Shown: positions 12,240 to 26,939 of the stretch, in pieces | Layout: every line of letters starts with the position of its first letter | Numbering within the stretch: position 1 is the stretch's first letter | DNA from: Octopus bimaculoides | Taxonomy: Eukaryota | Direction of reading: 5' to 3' | Assembly (NCBI RefSeq): GCF_001194135.2 | Contig: NC_068990.1 | Location: 1,216,469-1,280,468 of the forward strand | DNA: 64,000 nucleotides | Program-made: the position numbers and the translations under genes | Notes under the pieces: generated by a model | The model's input: the letters and a program-made list of their open reading frames with translations, nothing else | The model's database searches: none | Told to the model about the DNA's origin: nothing

Positions 12240-14194
12240 TTAAAGTAATCCTCTGGCAAACAATGTGTGATGAGCTTGCCCTATTTAATTATAATTACAG
12301 TCTGCTCTACATGCTTCTGCACAGTTTCTGTCTCTTATTGTATTATAGTGCAAGTGGTTGAATATACCACAGACACAAGTCTCATAAAACTCAGTAAGAT
12401 ACAGTGTATGATTATTTATAACAAGGCTGAGGTCACAGTGCAGTTCATATGATGGTCTTACATATCATTTTCATCTACGCAGTTCAACTCACAAAGTTTG
12501 GCTGGACTAGAGCTTACTTGTCCATGGTGTTAAGCAGTGGAATCAAGCTTAGGCATTCATGATTGTGAAGCAAACTCTCTAATTATTCAATCATACTTAC
12601 ACCATTTGTTATTGCACAACATTCAGTACTTTGCAGTATTGACAATGAAAAAGTACTGTTGACAATATCAACACTGTTGAAATTGTTCCACCCCAGGCTT
12701 AGTAGTAATATAGGCCTCCAGGCAAATCAATGTATCAGGCCCTATAATATTTATAGACAGCAAGTCACATCATATATAAAAATCAGAATTGGACCCCTAG
12801 ACCCACGAGGCCTCTGGGCAGCTACCCAGTGTATGCATGGTTTAAGACAGCACTGGTTCCATCCACTTCTGCAAACTAGTAAGCTGTTGAATCACCACCA
12901 AGGACTAGCTTACTAACATTCTCATCCCTCCCAATTTTCCTCTATTCTTTGACTGTTTGTGATTTTCATGCTGGTCCATTCTTTTAGCTCTTTCACTTTC
13001 TGTGTGTTCTTCATCCTCAAAATGTTCATCAAAACCATGGCTTTAACAAAACTTTTGAGATTTTGATACAGACCTATGTCATGTCAGTTTGCAATCTTTT
13101 AAATGCTCTGCATTTAAAATTCTGACTGAAGTTGCAAACAAGAATTGATTAAATGATTAATAATAATTTTAACAATACAATTAATGCAATTTATCTCATC
13201 CTCTCATCTTCAATAAATTCATATATAACTCAAAGCTAATATTTTGATTGTGAAATGCCTTCTTCAAAGCTTAGAAAAACAATAGCAATGAATGAAGAAA
13301 CTACAATGGGGAAACAAATGGTCTGAAGCTGTCATTCTGCCAGACAGTCTATGACCCAACCATCCGTATTTTGTTCACATTCCAGCCTTCTGGGCAATGG
13401 AAAATCCTAGACAAGCTTCTTGTGTGAAGATTTTTACCCGTGTTGAACGATATCGTATTCTAGTTCAAATGTAAAAATCCAACTTAAAATATCATTTGCT
13501 GTGATTCTTTATCTTTCTCTCTTGAGTTTCTGGAATGTAATGGCAGAATCTTTATCATATTGGGCAAAATGCTTTGCAGCATTTTGTTTTTCCTGGCACT
13601 TTATATTCCGAGTTCAAATTCTGCTGATGTTGACTTTACCTTTCATCCTTTTTGGGTTGATAAAATAGAGTATCAGTCAAGTACAAGTGGTAGGATGATG
13701 TAATTGACTTATTCCTGCCCCTCAAAAATTACTGGCCTTGTGCCAAAAATTAGAAACAAAGTAGTTGTATTTCCTACTAGAATAAATGCCATAGCTGTCA
13801 CTTTTGAGTGAGTATGGCCTGGTAGCATGTATCATGCTTTTGCTAATTGCTTTAGGTACCAGTGTAATCATGAGCAGACACAGACATACTTTTGGCCCTC
13901 CCACCCTTGATCCAATGGACCATCCAGAATGTGACAGTTGGATAAAGAGAAAGCTGTACCAATACTAAACTACTACTCATTTTCTGTTGAATGGACTGAG
14001 AAATGAAGAACCTTGCCCAAGGACACAACAAGTTGCTTGGTCCAGAAATTGAATCCACAAACTTATAATCATGAGAGCAATAGCTAAACCCTACACCACA
14101 ACTGTACTTTTTGGTTTTCTTTGATTCATTTAATCATTTAGAATAAACGCTTGTGTACTGAGAGTGCTGCTCTACTCCATCTCTGAATGAAAGA

Positions 14195-15150
14195 GTGAAT
14201 ATCTCATCAGACAGTGAAGCAACTCTGAAGGTGTTTCAACCCCTTTCACCTTGATACCAGAGCTGCTCAGGGTCACCCACAAATACGGGTGACAAAATTC
14301 CCACGAAACAGCATGAGCTTTGTTGAGTCAGATGTTGTAACTCTGGGCCAAATGTTTCTACCATCTGCAGTCCTTGTTCCTGCAACATTTCTCCTCTCCT
14401 TTGAGCCAGATGTAATGGCATGCTTTCTCAGTGGCTTCAGACAATTTTCTGGCAATATCTTTTGTCTCCTTCATGGCCAGTCAAAGACATCTGAGCATCG
14501 ACTGAATCCTGGCTCAACAAATAGCTCTAACACCTATACCTATAGGAAAGCATATTGCCCTTGATCCATTGTTTTCACAGAATTCAACCAACTCACTGTA
14601 TTTTCTATTTTTCATGAGGAAAGTATATTCCATGTTCACTTCCAGGGAAACGTCGACTCTATCATCTTTAGCACTTTACTTTCTTTGTGCCAGATGACAT
14701 GGTCAGGTCTTTTAGCCATAAAAAGTGGGAAGTGATATTTACCAACAAAGTCAACAGAAACTTCCCAAGACCCCTCCCATTTTGGATCATTCTTCCTTAC
14801 AATAGTTAGTTTGCAGTGTTCACCTTCTTAGCAAAACTTTGTCATCTGTTCTCCACTACTTGTGATCTTTTGCTGTTGTTAATATTATTTCAATTGCAAG
14901 AATTTTCATTTCAGCAGTAGAATATTGACTTTGGCTGTAGTAGGTGTAATTTCGATTGAATCAACAATAATTACTTTGCTTACATAATTGCATTCGAAAC
15001 TACAGATTCATTGACTACACAAAATATTTCTCTGACTTCTTCATTGTGAATGTGGTTTAAATATTGAGTTCTTTCAAACATATTCCTCAGATAGTTTTCT
15101 TTTCTTCCTTATATTTCCAAAATTTTGATATCCCTTTGATTTCCTTCTAG
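14195..15150 (-). mobile_element. 3' relic of a HERO-like RLE non-LTR retrotransposon
   Basis: Minus-strand translation with frameshifts gives WEVSVDFVGKYHFPLFMAKRPDHVIWHKESKVLKMIESTFPW, then NMEYTFLMKNRKYSELVEFCENNGSRAICFPIGIGVRA, then SEATEKACHYIWLK. These match the RLE pattern RPD-x-W...IELTVPWE...K..KY.EL...C...P.EVG.RG and the HERO-type terminal EAAEKAS.W.W.K. Confidence 0.75.
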
Positions 15151-15345
15151 AGTAAAAAGTATTTTATCTGACCTTTTGTTTTCCCTAACTGTGAAGGACG
15201 GAAATGTCAATGATTTGAAAGGAAGATCAAACAGAGTCATTTTTTTTTATAGATATTTCTAAGTTTTATGTTTGCACTTATATTAAAAAGCAGAACATAA
15301 GCAAGTTGAGATGCAAGAGTAATATGGCAGTAAAGACATCAACTG

Positions 15346-15393
<48 letters not shown>

Positions 15394-15575
15394 NNNNNNN
15401 NNNNNNNNNNNNNNNNNNNNNNNNNNNNNNNNNNNNNNNNNNNNNNNNNNNNNNNNNNNNNNNNNNNNNNNNNNNNNNNNNNNNNNNNNNNNNNNNNNNN
15501 NNNNNNNNNNNNNNNNNNNNNNNNNNNNNNNNNNNNNNNNNNNNNNNNNNNNNNNNNNNNNNNNNNNNNNNNNNN

Positions 15576-15637
<62 letters not shown>

Positions 15638-15993
15638 TGCACATATATAATCATATATATATACATATGTATATATATATACTCATACACACACACATAT
15701 GTACTCATAAATGAGTGCACATATATGTATATATACATACACACATGTATATATACATATATATATATATATATGTATATATATGAATGTACATATGCAC
15801 ATTTATATATATACTCATAAATGTATGCGCATATATGTGCATATCTATACATACGTATATATAATATATATATGTGTGTGTGTGTGTGTGTATGTTTGCA
15901 TATACATGTATCTATCTATCTATCTATCTATCTACCTATATATATATATATATATATACATACATACATTCATACGTATGCACATTTATACAT

Positions 15994-16031
<38 letters not shown>

Positions 16032-17453
16032 GATGAAGATCTAAGTGTGTTACTAATGATGTATTGACACTTGAAGCAAATAGTGGTTGAGTGCTGCCTA
16101 AAGTTGTTCTCTGCTGACAGTGGAATATAACTCTGGTTAAAAATCTTAATACAATACAAAAACAGCTGGTAAAATAAGCTCTAAGAATACGGGTGTTCAC
16201 AAATTATATGACAAAATATTGCAAAGGCAGGATGATTTACTTTAAAGCAAACCTACCCATCCAACTCGTGTCGTAATGAAACAGACAGCAAAGATAATCT
16301 AGTCCATTAAAATAATAAATAAATGATTTAAATAAAACAAATTAATCAATAAAAAATATATGTTTGAAAGAATTATTTCCCTTTGACATTAACTCCGAAA
16401 TCTTGTTCCTTTGTCCTCAGAGTTTAACTTTGAATAATGACAAGAAGTAGTCAGACATAGCAAGCTCATTATATTATTAGATTTAGCAGACATTACACGA
16501 CATTGATAGGTTCTGTTGATTGATGGCCGTTTTTTAGCTTCCACAATACCTTTACTTATTTGCAATATGCAGAGAAAAATATTTATTGAGACTATAATTC
16601 ATATTTTAATTGCTTTTTTGCTTAAACTGATTAGAGAATAAATTGAAATTAATATCATAAATACAAGATGCTATGATAAAAATATTAGAAGGACAAAAAA
16701 ATATTAAGGAGAATCATTGTCTTGACTGTCAGGCACGACACTCTATGAAATTTAGTGCTTTGTGTAGCTGGATTTTGGTTCAAATCCTGCCATTGTTATC
16801 TTTTATTTTTGTTTTTTTTTTCCCCTAATACTTAAAAAATTTTTTTTTTCTTCCTTACTGCAACAATTTCTTTCTTTTTTTTTCATGTTTCATGCCATCC
16901 GGCATCAATGATCATGGACCTCCATGCCAAAATCTGAAGATCTATTATTTTTGTTGGGATAAATTCAAAGATAGTTTCCTTTTTACATTTTTTTCTCTTC
17001 ATTTAATTTTACTGTTCTCACCTCCTGCTCTCCTGTGCTTACCTTTAATGGGACAGGACCTATTTATCCTTTTGACAAGGGGTCTGAGACATATAAGTCA
17101 GCTTTTCTCATTTAACCCTCTCAAACCTGGGCCCTGTAACTTTACCCTTCACCTCGGCTTCTGAGCAAAAGAAAAATAGTTACACATACAACTTAGGAGT
17201 AACAATTACAGGCAATCTAATGGACAGAATCAGAAAAAATCTCGGAGAATAACAATAATAGGTGTTTCTTTCAATTACTGTATTTGTTAGGCAGACTAAT
17301 GGACAGAGTCATGGAAAGAAAATTCAGGAGAATAGCCCTATCCCTCGGCTACCATATTTGTTCACCTGAATTGCTATTTTTCTCATCACTTTTATCAGTT
17401 TGATTGTCAGAAGCATTTTCCTGACAATATCAATTTTAATCTATTCCTTAAAA

Positions 17454-17781
17454 CAGTGTTTCTCAACCTTTTTTACCCTTGCGTAACACTTAAAATAAAT
17501 TACAAGTCTCAAAGAAACCATGCGCAAAAGAAATTATAAACCATATCTTTCTCATATTTTTTCATTGTAGTTCACATGCATACATACATACATACATATG
17601 GTTGTTATATGTTTTTGCATATGTTGGGCATGTATAGTAACATTACAATCCTGAAATTAGCATTAGCATATGTCACTCTTTCTCTTGGAACCCCTGGGAA
17701 CNNNNNNNNNNNNNNNNNNNNNNNNNNNNNNNNNNNNNNNNNNNNNNNNNNNNNNNNNNNNNNNNNNNNNNNNNNNNNNNN

Positions 17782-17830
<49 letters not shown>

Positions 17831-17860
17831 TACATATACATATATACATGTACATACATA

Positions 17861-17891
<31 letters not shown>

Positions 17892-18041
17892 GGTTGTTAT
17901 ATGTTTTTGCATATGTTGGGCATGTATAGTAACATTACAATCCTGAAATTAGCATTAGCATATGTCACTCTTTCTCTTGGAACCCCTGGGAACCTTTTGC
18001 AGAACTCTAGGGTTCCAGTAAACTTTGGTTGAGAAACACTG
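17454..18041. mobile_element. hAT (Charlie-like) MITE spanning an assembly gap
   Basis: 15-bp TIR CAGTGTTTCTCAACC ... GGTTGAGAAACACTG; 8-bp flanks ccttaaaa and ctttaaag resemble a hAT target duplication. Confidence 0.8.
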
Positions 18042-18220
18042 CTTTAAAGAGTAGAAATAGCATTATAGGGGGAATAGCTTGAACATCATCTCTGTCAGAT
18101 TCCCAGCAAAGCAGTAATAAGCACATGTAGAAAATTAAGAGTAAGTTTAAACTCTTGTGGCTGAAGAATAAATATCATCAATAATTTCCTCAACTGCAAA
18201 GAGTCTAGGCCTTACTCATT

Positions 18221-18310
18221 TACAAAATCAGTTTTTGTACAAAATCAATTTTTGTACAAAATCATTACAAAATCAGTTTTTGTACAAAATCATTGCAAAA
18301 TCAGTTTTTG
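18221..18310. repeat. Degenerate 17-bp tandem repeat
   Basis: caaaatcagtttttgta repeated about five times, with truncated variants. Confidence 0.8.
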
Positions 18311-18527
18311 TTTTCAATTAAAAACAAAAGTAAACAACAGCTATGGTGACGTCATTAAGAATGAGTCATAAACACACGTGACTACAAAGCTGCAATGTCA
18401 TTGGTTGTCTATTTATAGTATTTCAACTTCATTTTTTATGTTTGCTTATTATGGCTTTGCTTGGAATCTGGCAGAGATGATGTTTAAGCTTTTTGTCCCT
18501 CTATAAAACTTTTTCCATTCTTTAACC

Positions 18528-18916
18528 NNNNNNNNNNNNNNNNNNNNNNNNNNNNNNNNNNNNNNNNNNNNNNNNNNNNNNNNNNNNNNNNNNNNNNNNN
18601 NNNNNNNNNNNNNNNNNNNNNNNNNNNNNNNNNNNNNNNNNNNNNNNNNNNNNNNNNNNNNNNNNNNNNNNNNNNNNNNNNNNNNNNNNNNNNNNNNNNN
18701 NNNNNNNNNNNNNNNNNNNNNNNNNNNNNNNNNNNNNNNNNNNNNNNNNNNNNNNNNNNNNNNNNNNNNNNNNNNNNNNNNNNNNNNNNNNNNNNNNNNN
18801 NNNNNNNNNNNNNNNNNNNNNNNNNNNNNNNNNNNNNNNNNNNNNNNNNNNNNNNNNNNNNNNNNNNNNNNNNNNNNNNNNNNNNNNNNNNNNNNNNNNN
18901 NNNNNNNNNNNNNNNN
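18528..18916. other. Assembly gap (389 N) not flanked by microsatellite
   Basis: Run of N; the left flank is a pyrimidine tract ending tttaacc. Confidence 0.95.
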
Positions 18917-19744
18917 AATCTAGAGATATATTCTAGTGTATATTATAACACTGTTAACTTACCAGTAATTTAATTTTTAAGTGGCTTTAAAACAGCAAGC
19001 TGGTAGTATTGTTAGCCTGCCAGACAAAAGTGCTTAGCGGCATTTCATCTGTCTTAATGTTCTGAATTCAAATTCTGCCAAGGTTGACTTTGCCTTTCAT
19101 TCTTTCAGGGTCGATAAAATAAGTACCAGTTGAGCACTGGGTTCATGTAACCAACTTACTCCCTCCACCAAGATTGCTGGCCTTGTGTCAAAATTTAGTG
19201 GCACCTCATCCATCCTTACCTTCTGCGTTCAAATTCTGCTGTGGTCAACTTTGTCTTTCATCTGACATAAAGATACACACACACATATATGGGCTTCTTT
19301 CAGTTTCCATCTACCAAATCTAAATCCAAGGCTTTATTTGGTCCAAAGCTGTAGTAGAAGACACTTGCCCAAAGTGCCATGCTGTGGGACTGAACCTGAA
19401 ATGATGTGGTTGGGAAATAACCTTCTTACCACACAGCTATGCTTCATTCTGGCATGGGACGAACAGGCCTGTTTCAATACAGTGTCTGACCAACACTTGC
19501 AGTTTTTCATCATTTAATATAAGGAAGACATCAGAAGAGGGACTGACTGTTCTTTGTTGTTGTGTAGGTCGTGTTCTTTACTTTTCTGTGGAGATGGGGT
19601 CAAAGAGGGTGAGTGTTTTTGTCATATCTGGATGACTTGTCAATCACTGACAACATTACGACATGGAGTGGGTGGGTTTTTAATTGTGCTACTGGTACTA
19701 GAGCCATTCCATGATTGTGTCTCACAGTATGAATATGAATGCCG

Positions 19745-19855
19745 CCACTGTCATCATTATCATCAAAACCATCATCATAACTATCATTGCGACGACAACT
19801 ACCACCACCACCAACAACAACAACTTCCTCGTCCCCTCCCCCCCTCCTCCTCCTC

Positions 19856-19896
<41 letters not shown>

Positions 19897-20065
19897 CATC
19901 ATCATTACCCCACCACCCTCCTCCACCTCCTCTTGTTTCTCTTCTTCACCAGCACCACCCTTCCACTTTCCTCCTCCTCCTCCTACTACTACTACTCTTG
20001 TTCCTCCTCTTCTCCTCCTCCTCCTCCTCACTACCACCACCACCACCACCACCACCATCAGTATT
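19745..20065. repeat. Compound trinucleotide microsatellite (CAT/CAC/CAA/AAT/CCT/CTA)
   Basis: Patchwork of triplet runs; similar blocks at 20975-21165, 25700-25915, 27250-27480, 50590-50700 and 57425-57510. Confidence 0.9.
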
Positions 20066-21101
20066 ATCATCTTTTTCCATTATAGCATGGGTTGAATGAC
20101 CCAGGTTTCATACAATGGGATTGAACCTGGAACTACCCAGTCGCAATGTGAGCTTAACCACACAGCCTTTCTTGTGCCTATGCAGTTTATCTTGCCTGAA
20201 ATACAGCACCTACCATAGTCTTCTTATCTGAAATATCTAATGTCATTATTTTTTGGTATATAGTTTAACCTTGGGCCTGTCCTGTTTGAGCAAACATATG
20301 ATCAAAACATTACAGCCACTGCCTTTCTATCTTTTTTTTTTATTTCAGACACAGTGTATTTAGGACTACATTATCCAATGTGTCCTTTTCAATTAAAAAA
20401 AACAACAAAAAAAATCTTTCTTGAGATGCTAGGGTGAGATCTGATGTGAATTTAGCTGTTAGTTCTAGCAATATCAGATGGTGTTATCTCTTTCCTTACT
20501 GTAGATTTCAGTGTTATATTGCTGTTATTTTGTTTTCAAATGTATGAAAAAAAAAAAAAAATAATAAATTATGAAATTGTTTAATATTGTAAATCTCTAG
20601 CATTCTCAGTATTAGATAAAATTCAGTAACAGAAAAAGAAAAAAAAAAAATTACATCCTGCTTCCTACAGAATTAAAAGAAATACACACACGCATGCACA
20701 GAAGCACGCACGCACACACACACACACAAATCAAAAACTGCCCTAAAATATCCTATCATTTTAAAACTATTTTTCAAAATACATATACATACGTACATAC
20801 ATACACCCCCCTCCACACACACACACACACTCGCACACATGCACAGACAGGGAGAGACAAACATGCATACACACACAACACATACATATTTATATATAAA
20901 AAATATATCTTTTATATGTTGATATCTTGGTATGGAAAATAAAGCAAGAAAAATTATGTTATAGTTGTAATAACGATGATGACAATGATGATGATGACAA
21001 TGATGATGATGATGACAATGATGATGATGATGATTTCTAACGTTATAAAATATTTTTTGTTTAATGATAATAATAACAATAATAATGATGATCATAATGA
21101 T

Positions 21102-21151
<50 letters not shown>

Positions 21152-21849
21152 TATAATGATGATGATAAACATATTTGTTTTTTTATAGCCATAAGGGTGA
21201 TGAATACAGGGCTAGCTATCATAAAAACAGGTTGTAAAAAAGAGTCCTTTTTAGTTCTTGTTTTTTTGTTTGTTTTTTTTTTTCACATTGGGTGAGTTGG
21301 TGAGTGGGTGAGAAAAAGCAAAAAGAATGAAAGTGTCTGTATGTGTATATCAGTTATAGACTCCTAAAACCCAATCTATATAATTTGCAACTGAAAAATA
21401 CTGTTTTATATTCTAAGGAGATGGCCTAATGTATGCTGAACAGATAGACACATTTTCGGTTATCATGTATTTATTTACTTATTTATATATTGTATTTATT
21501 CAAAAACAAAAACAAAAACAAAAAACAAAAAAGAAGAAAGAAAGAAAGAATGAAGGAAGGTGTGTTTGGTGTAGGTGGGAGGAAATGTCTGTATGTTTCC
21601 CCATACAGGTTTTACTGTGAAACTTTATATATATATATGTGTGTGTGTGTGGTCTTTTAAAAACTGTCCTGTGATTATGTGGTTGTTTTTCAAGCAGTGG
21701 ATAAATTGGTAGATTTTGATGTCTGATAATAAACCATTTCCAGTGTTTTGGTTGGTGGAATATGTGGATATGGGTGTTTAGGTGAGGAGTGTGTGTAAAT
21801 GTCTGTCTGTCTGTGTGTATGTATGTGTGTATAAAATATATAAATACAT

Positions 21850-21882
<33 letters not shown>

Positions 21883-21899
21883 TATTCTTATACATATAT

Positions 21900-22110
21900 A
21901 TCCTTAACATAGTTCTCAGGGAGATTCAGCATGACACAGAATGTAACAAGGCTGGCCCCTTTGAATTACAGGTACAACGCATTTTTACGAGATGAGTGGA
22001 CTGGAACAACATGAAATAAAGTAGGCAGACACAATGTGCCACCAGGAATCGAACCCACGACCTTACGACCATGAGCTGAATACCCCAACCACTAAGCCAT
22101 GCGCCTTCAT
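21900..22110 (-). mobile_element. tRNA-derived SINE family C
   Basis: Minus strand ggcgcatggcttagtggttgggg...ggttcgattcctgg (A/B-box-like). Related copies at 38085-38345, 44160-44400, 46015-46230 and 47229-47570. Confidence 0.75.
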
Positions 22111-25100
22111 ACATATACATACATACACACATATATACATACATGTGTACATACATATATACATATACATACACACACACACACATATATATAATCATCA
22201 TCATCATCATCTAACAACCATTTTCTATGCAGGCATGGCTCAGTGGGGGTGCTTGTCTCCCCCTTGCAAATATAAGGACACAGGAAATGTGTCAAGGCCG
22301 ACAGGAAGCGGTCCAGCTTTCTAGGGCTAAATAGCAGCAGTATGATTCCCTTAATGGGACTGTCACATTAAGTTGACAGTATAAAACTCCCTTGAATCAC
22401 TTGCATTTATAATTAATAGGGATAAACTAGTGTCTGCATAAATGCAGCAGTACATTTGGCAAACTTTCATTAGCTTAGGTCTTTTTTCTCTCTCATAATA
22501 TACCTTAAACCTTATCATCTTAAGAACCAATATCTTCAAGTTTAATACCAGTCCTTGACATTTATGATCTGTCACTTCAAACCTGCTCCAACACATATGA
22601 GCTAAGCTTGTATGCTCTTTGCTCAATTTTCTGTCTGCGTTCATATGATAATTTATACCTCAAGCAGAAATACTGCCCTTTGGCAGGTTTTGTGCTTGTA
22701 CATGTTAAACTGAAAAAGTCTAATGTGGTAACAAATGATACAGTATGCATATTGTATTATACACATTTGTGTATAACTGAATGAAACTTGAATGAAATGT
22801 GTTATTTCTTTGCATCTTTGATATGATAATTATAGTTTAAAAAGTTTTCACAAATATACTCAAAACATCTTGAAGAAAGGCTTTGGAACCCATTTTTAAT
22901 AAAAACAATTGAATAGTAGCAGCTGAGAGAGATAAAGAAGAAGAGAGAGAGGGAAAAAGAGAGCGAAAAGAGAGCGAGGGAGAGTGTTGCAAGGAAAAGA
23001 ACTGAAGATAAAGAAGAGAAGTAATTGAAAAAGAGGTATTAAAGAAAGAAGAGATGGAAAGGAAGAGAGAATAGAAACACTGCAATGAGCATGAGAGGAA
23101 AAGTTGTGAGGATAGAGAAAGTGGACGACAAAGAGGGAAACAGGTGTTAAGCAAAAGGGAAAACCATGTAGTCATGTATTTTTAATTAAAAGAATTGAAT
23201 GGATGTGGTTGAGAGAGAGAGAGAGAGAAGGAGGGGGAAGCATTGCAAGGAAAGATAGTGAGAGAAGAAAAGCAATAAGAATAGAGAAAGACAGAGAAAT
23301 AGAAGCAGTAAAGAAAGAAATGGAAAAAGGGAAGGAAGACTTTTAAAAAATCCCTTCTAGCAGTGTATAATTTTTTATTTCACAGTGAATTAAAATTGAA
23401 TCATGTAGTTGAAATGACCAATAATAAAAGAGAATTAAAAACCACATTTTGTTAAAAATATACAAAAATTGGAATTTAAAAAATTTTCTAGAGGATGTAG
23501 ACTTTAATAATTGCTTTCTACTTCTAGCTGATTCAAAAGCAACTTCCTTCATTATAGTATAGATATAGCATCAATCATTATTCCCCATCTACACATATTT
23601 TCAATCCCACATATGAATGCTTCTTCTAAGATACTATGAGTTGATATTTTTCAGAAATTTTTCCTGATACTTTTTAATGTTTTCATATACGTATTTTAAC
23701 ATTGTTTATATTTTTAATATTTAAATATTTAAAATATTTTTGATATTTGTTTATACTTCTATATTTTGATGCTGTATATTTGATATTTTATGTTTATATC
23801 TTACATTAGGAAACTTGTGCTATCATACATATCTTCATCATATATATATAGACATATATTTTCCATTTCTTATGTTTATATTCTTTTAAATCCTGAGATT
23901 TTTTATCGACATATGGTATATAGTTATTTTCTATAGTCTACTACGTCTGTATCAGTGTTTTTACACACCCCATTATTATATTAACATTTTAAGTTTTATA
24001 TTACTCCCACTTCTCTAGTTATGTGCCTCCCGCTTCTCTAGTTATCATGTCACTTTGTTTATTTCTTTGGTCTTTGTTGAGCTACGTTGGTGTGTATGTT
24101 AACACTTCCTATACCAGTATAAAATCCACTCTCACTCTGATTGGTAATGGTGCTTCTCACAACCCTTGAAAATTTTCTCTAAGCACTGTTTTAATTAGAA
24201 TAGTTTCCAAATAATTAGTTTTTAGATTATTATAGTTCACTTGAAGCATTGTACTACACAAGTATTTCTCATTTCAATCCGTTTATAATTTTAACCTTTA
24301 TGCATTAACTTTATTTAGCTATTAACCATAATATACCATTCTCAATAATTAAGGGTGAATTATCCACTTGTTTAGAGTGTTTCACGCTTTGATCTCATTC
24401 CTGTATTATTTCTTCTTTCACCCTAAATTTTAGGGTTTCTTCAATTTTAATCATTAACACTATATTTGTGAGTTTTGTTTCTAAATTTCAAGACTTTATC
24501 CATTTCCAACCACACGTATCAGTTTTTGGTTTTCTAAGATGCATAATTGAATCTCCACCCCTATAGATTTCTTTTGGTTTCTTTATTACTCACCTCAGTA
24601 ACCCTTAAAGTGGTTTTCGTTATTGTTTCTCCATTAGTCTTTATCTTATGCACATTTTCACATGATATACCTTAGGTACAGATATCTGTTGCACTTTGTC
24701 TCATGTTTACATTATTACAACCTTGTCTAGGATTCTTCAATTCTTCTTTAGTTACGCTCATAATTTGTTTATATCAATCTTTTCCTTTATCTTTCATTTT
24801 GCTCTTCTCTTACTACTATTAAATTAACATCCCATCATCATCTACATAGCACTTATTGCCAACACCACATAAAACCTGTGCTGGTGCCACCTGAAGCTCA
24901 TGCCAGTGCCATGAAAAAAAGCACCTGTGCTGGCACCATGTAAATGTACCCAGTACACTCTGTAAAATGGTTGGAGTCATGAAGGGAATCCAGCCATGAC
25001 AAATCAGACAACTGGTGCCTGGGGCAGCTCCTATCAAACCATACAACACATGTCAGCATGAAAAATGGCTGACCCTGGAACCCTATACTTACAATTTCGT

Positions 25101-26754
25101 TCTTCTGTAGCCAATCATACTTGCCTCCTGTCGACCCCTTATTTCCTTCATTCCTGCCAACCAAGTAGTTGCATTATTATTTCTCTGCATTCTGACACGG
25201 CTTTTTTTTTAAACTAGCTAACTTACTAATTTAGTTAACCAATAAGCTATTAATTTACTTAATCTCTAATCATTCTAAAAAGGAATTTCATCTTATTCAT
25301 CTGCTCATTCCAATGAACTCTGTGTAACCTTTTACCTACTTTCCATTACATTTGTTTCTTTTTTGTTTTACATTTTTAATGTTTTTTTCCTTTTTAGTTT
25401 ATTCTCATCTTTCCCCTGCTCAACATAGAGGGTCAATGGGTCACTAATATATGGTTCTATATATATATGTCTACCTCTGTCAATCCACTTTAACATTCTT
25501 CAATGGAATGAATATCAAACAAAATATCATCATCCGGAACTATCTTATTATCTTAATCCTTTTCACTACTGCATCTGTCTTATGGCTTGCTCCTGGATTT
25601 CATTGCCAGTCACCGCTTCCTTTGCCTATCCTGCTATTTCTCTCCAAATTATCATTTCCATCTCAGCGCTTATAGATTCATCCTTTTCTTAATCACCATT
25701 ATTCCGGCTGCCACTGCCATTGTTGTCATCATCGTCAGCATCGTTGCCACTGTCATCACCCCCATTACTGTTGCCATCATCGCTGTCATTGTCATCACCA
25801 TTGTCACTCTCGCTGTCATCACCATCATTATCATCATCACCATTGCTATTGTTGTCATTGTTGTCATCATCATCATCATATTATCATTGTTATTATTATT
25901 ATTATTATTATTATTACATATATTTATGTATGTGCCATATATATACACACATGTGTGTATGTGTGTGTTTATACAGACATATATCTATATATATATGTAG
26001 ATCAATGGATATGTAAATATTATAGATTCATAAATAAGTAAATGCTTGCGAAATACATACATATCATTAAGTATACCACAAAATATATACTTAACAGAAT
26101 ATATATGTTTTTAGGCTGTTATTAAAATACAATCTGAGAAAGGAATATGTAATATGGTTGGAATTGATTTTTAAGCACTAACTGAAGAATTTTTTTAAAA
26201 ATAAAAACTAAAAGATATTCTTCACTTTTTCCCTTTTATGTTTTGTTTGGTTTTGTTTTTGTGTCTTTTTGAATAATGTGAAGAAGGGCGCTGTAGATTT
26301 CCTTTCGTTTTAATAATTTAAAGATAAATAATGTTTCAATCAACACAATAGTGGCTATTGTCATCACTGGCACCACCACCACCACCACCANNNNNNNNNN
26401 NNNNNNNNNNNNNNNNNNNNNNNNNNNNNNNNNNNNNNNNNNNNNNNNNNNNNNNNNNNNNNNNNNNNNNNNNNNNNNNNNNNNNNNNNNNNNNNNNNNN
26501 NNNNNNNNNNNNNNNNNNNNNNNNNNNNNNNNNNNNNNNNNNNNNNNNNNNNNNNNNNNNNNNNNNNNNNNNNNNNNNNNNNNNNNNNNNNNNNNNNNNN
26601 NNNNNNNNNNNNNNNNNNNNNNNNNNNNNNNNNNNNNNNNNNNNNNNNNNNNNNNNNNNNNNNNNNNNNNNNNNNNNNNNNNNNCAACAACAACGATCTC
26701 TTCCCCATAATTGAATCTCCAACTCCACTCCTCTGCCTCCTAACATGAATATCA

Positions 26755-26905
26755 CCAAGGTGTGGTAAAAAGCTTGCTTCCCAAGTACGTGGTTCCAGGT
26801 TCAGTCCCACTGTGTGGCACCTTGGGCAAGTGTCTTCTGCTATAGACTTGGCCTGACCAGATCCTTGTGTGTGGATTTCATAGATGGAGACTGAAAGAAG
26901 CCTGT

Positions 26906-26939
<34 letters not shown>

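Noticed and set aside
15278-16067. Long ORFs rich in YI/HT/CV or X residues (also 34510-35513, 39034-40214, 52064-52585 in part, 53769-54225)
   Set aside because: Translations of dinucleotide microsatellites and N gaps, not genes.
17576-17993. About 120-bp direct duplication on both sides of the gap at 17702-17780
   Set aside because: The copies are identical and end exactly at the gap; most likely an unmerged contig overlap.
19554-21188. Homopolymeric-peptide ORFs (poly-H/I/N/T/P), also 25587-26016, 27252-27546 and 41924-42560
   Set aside because: Trinucleotide microsatellite patchworks with no splice or homology support.
22030-22110. tRNA-like sequences in SINE heads (also 56520-56590)
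   Set aside because: A/B-box-like motifs run directly into SINE bodies and I could not fold a complete cloverleaf; not called as tRNA genes.
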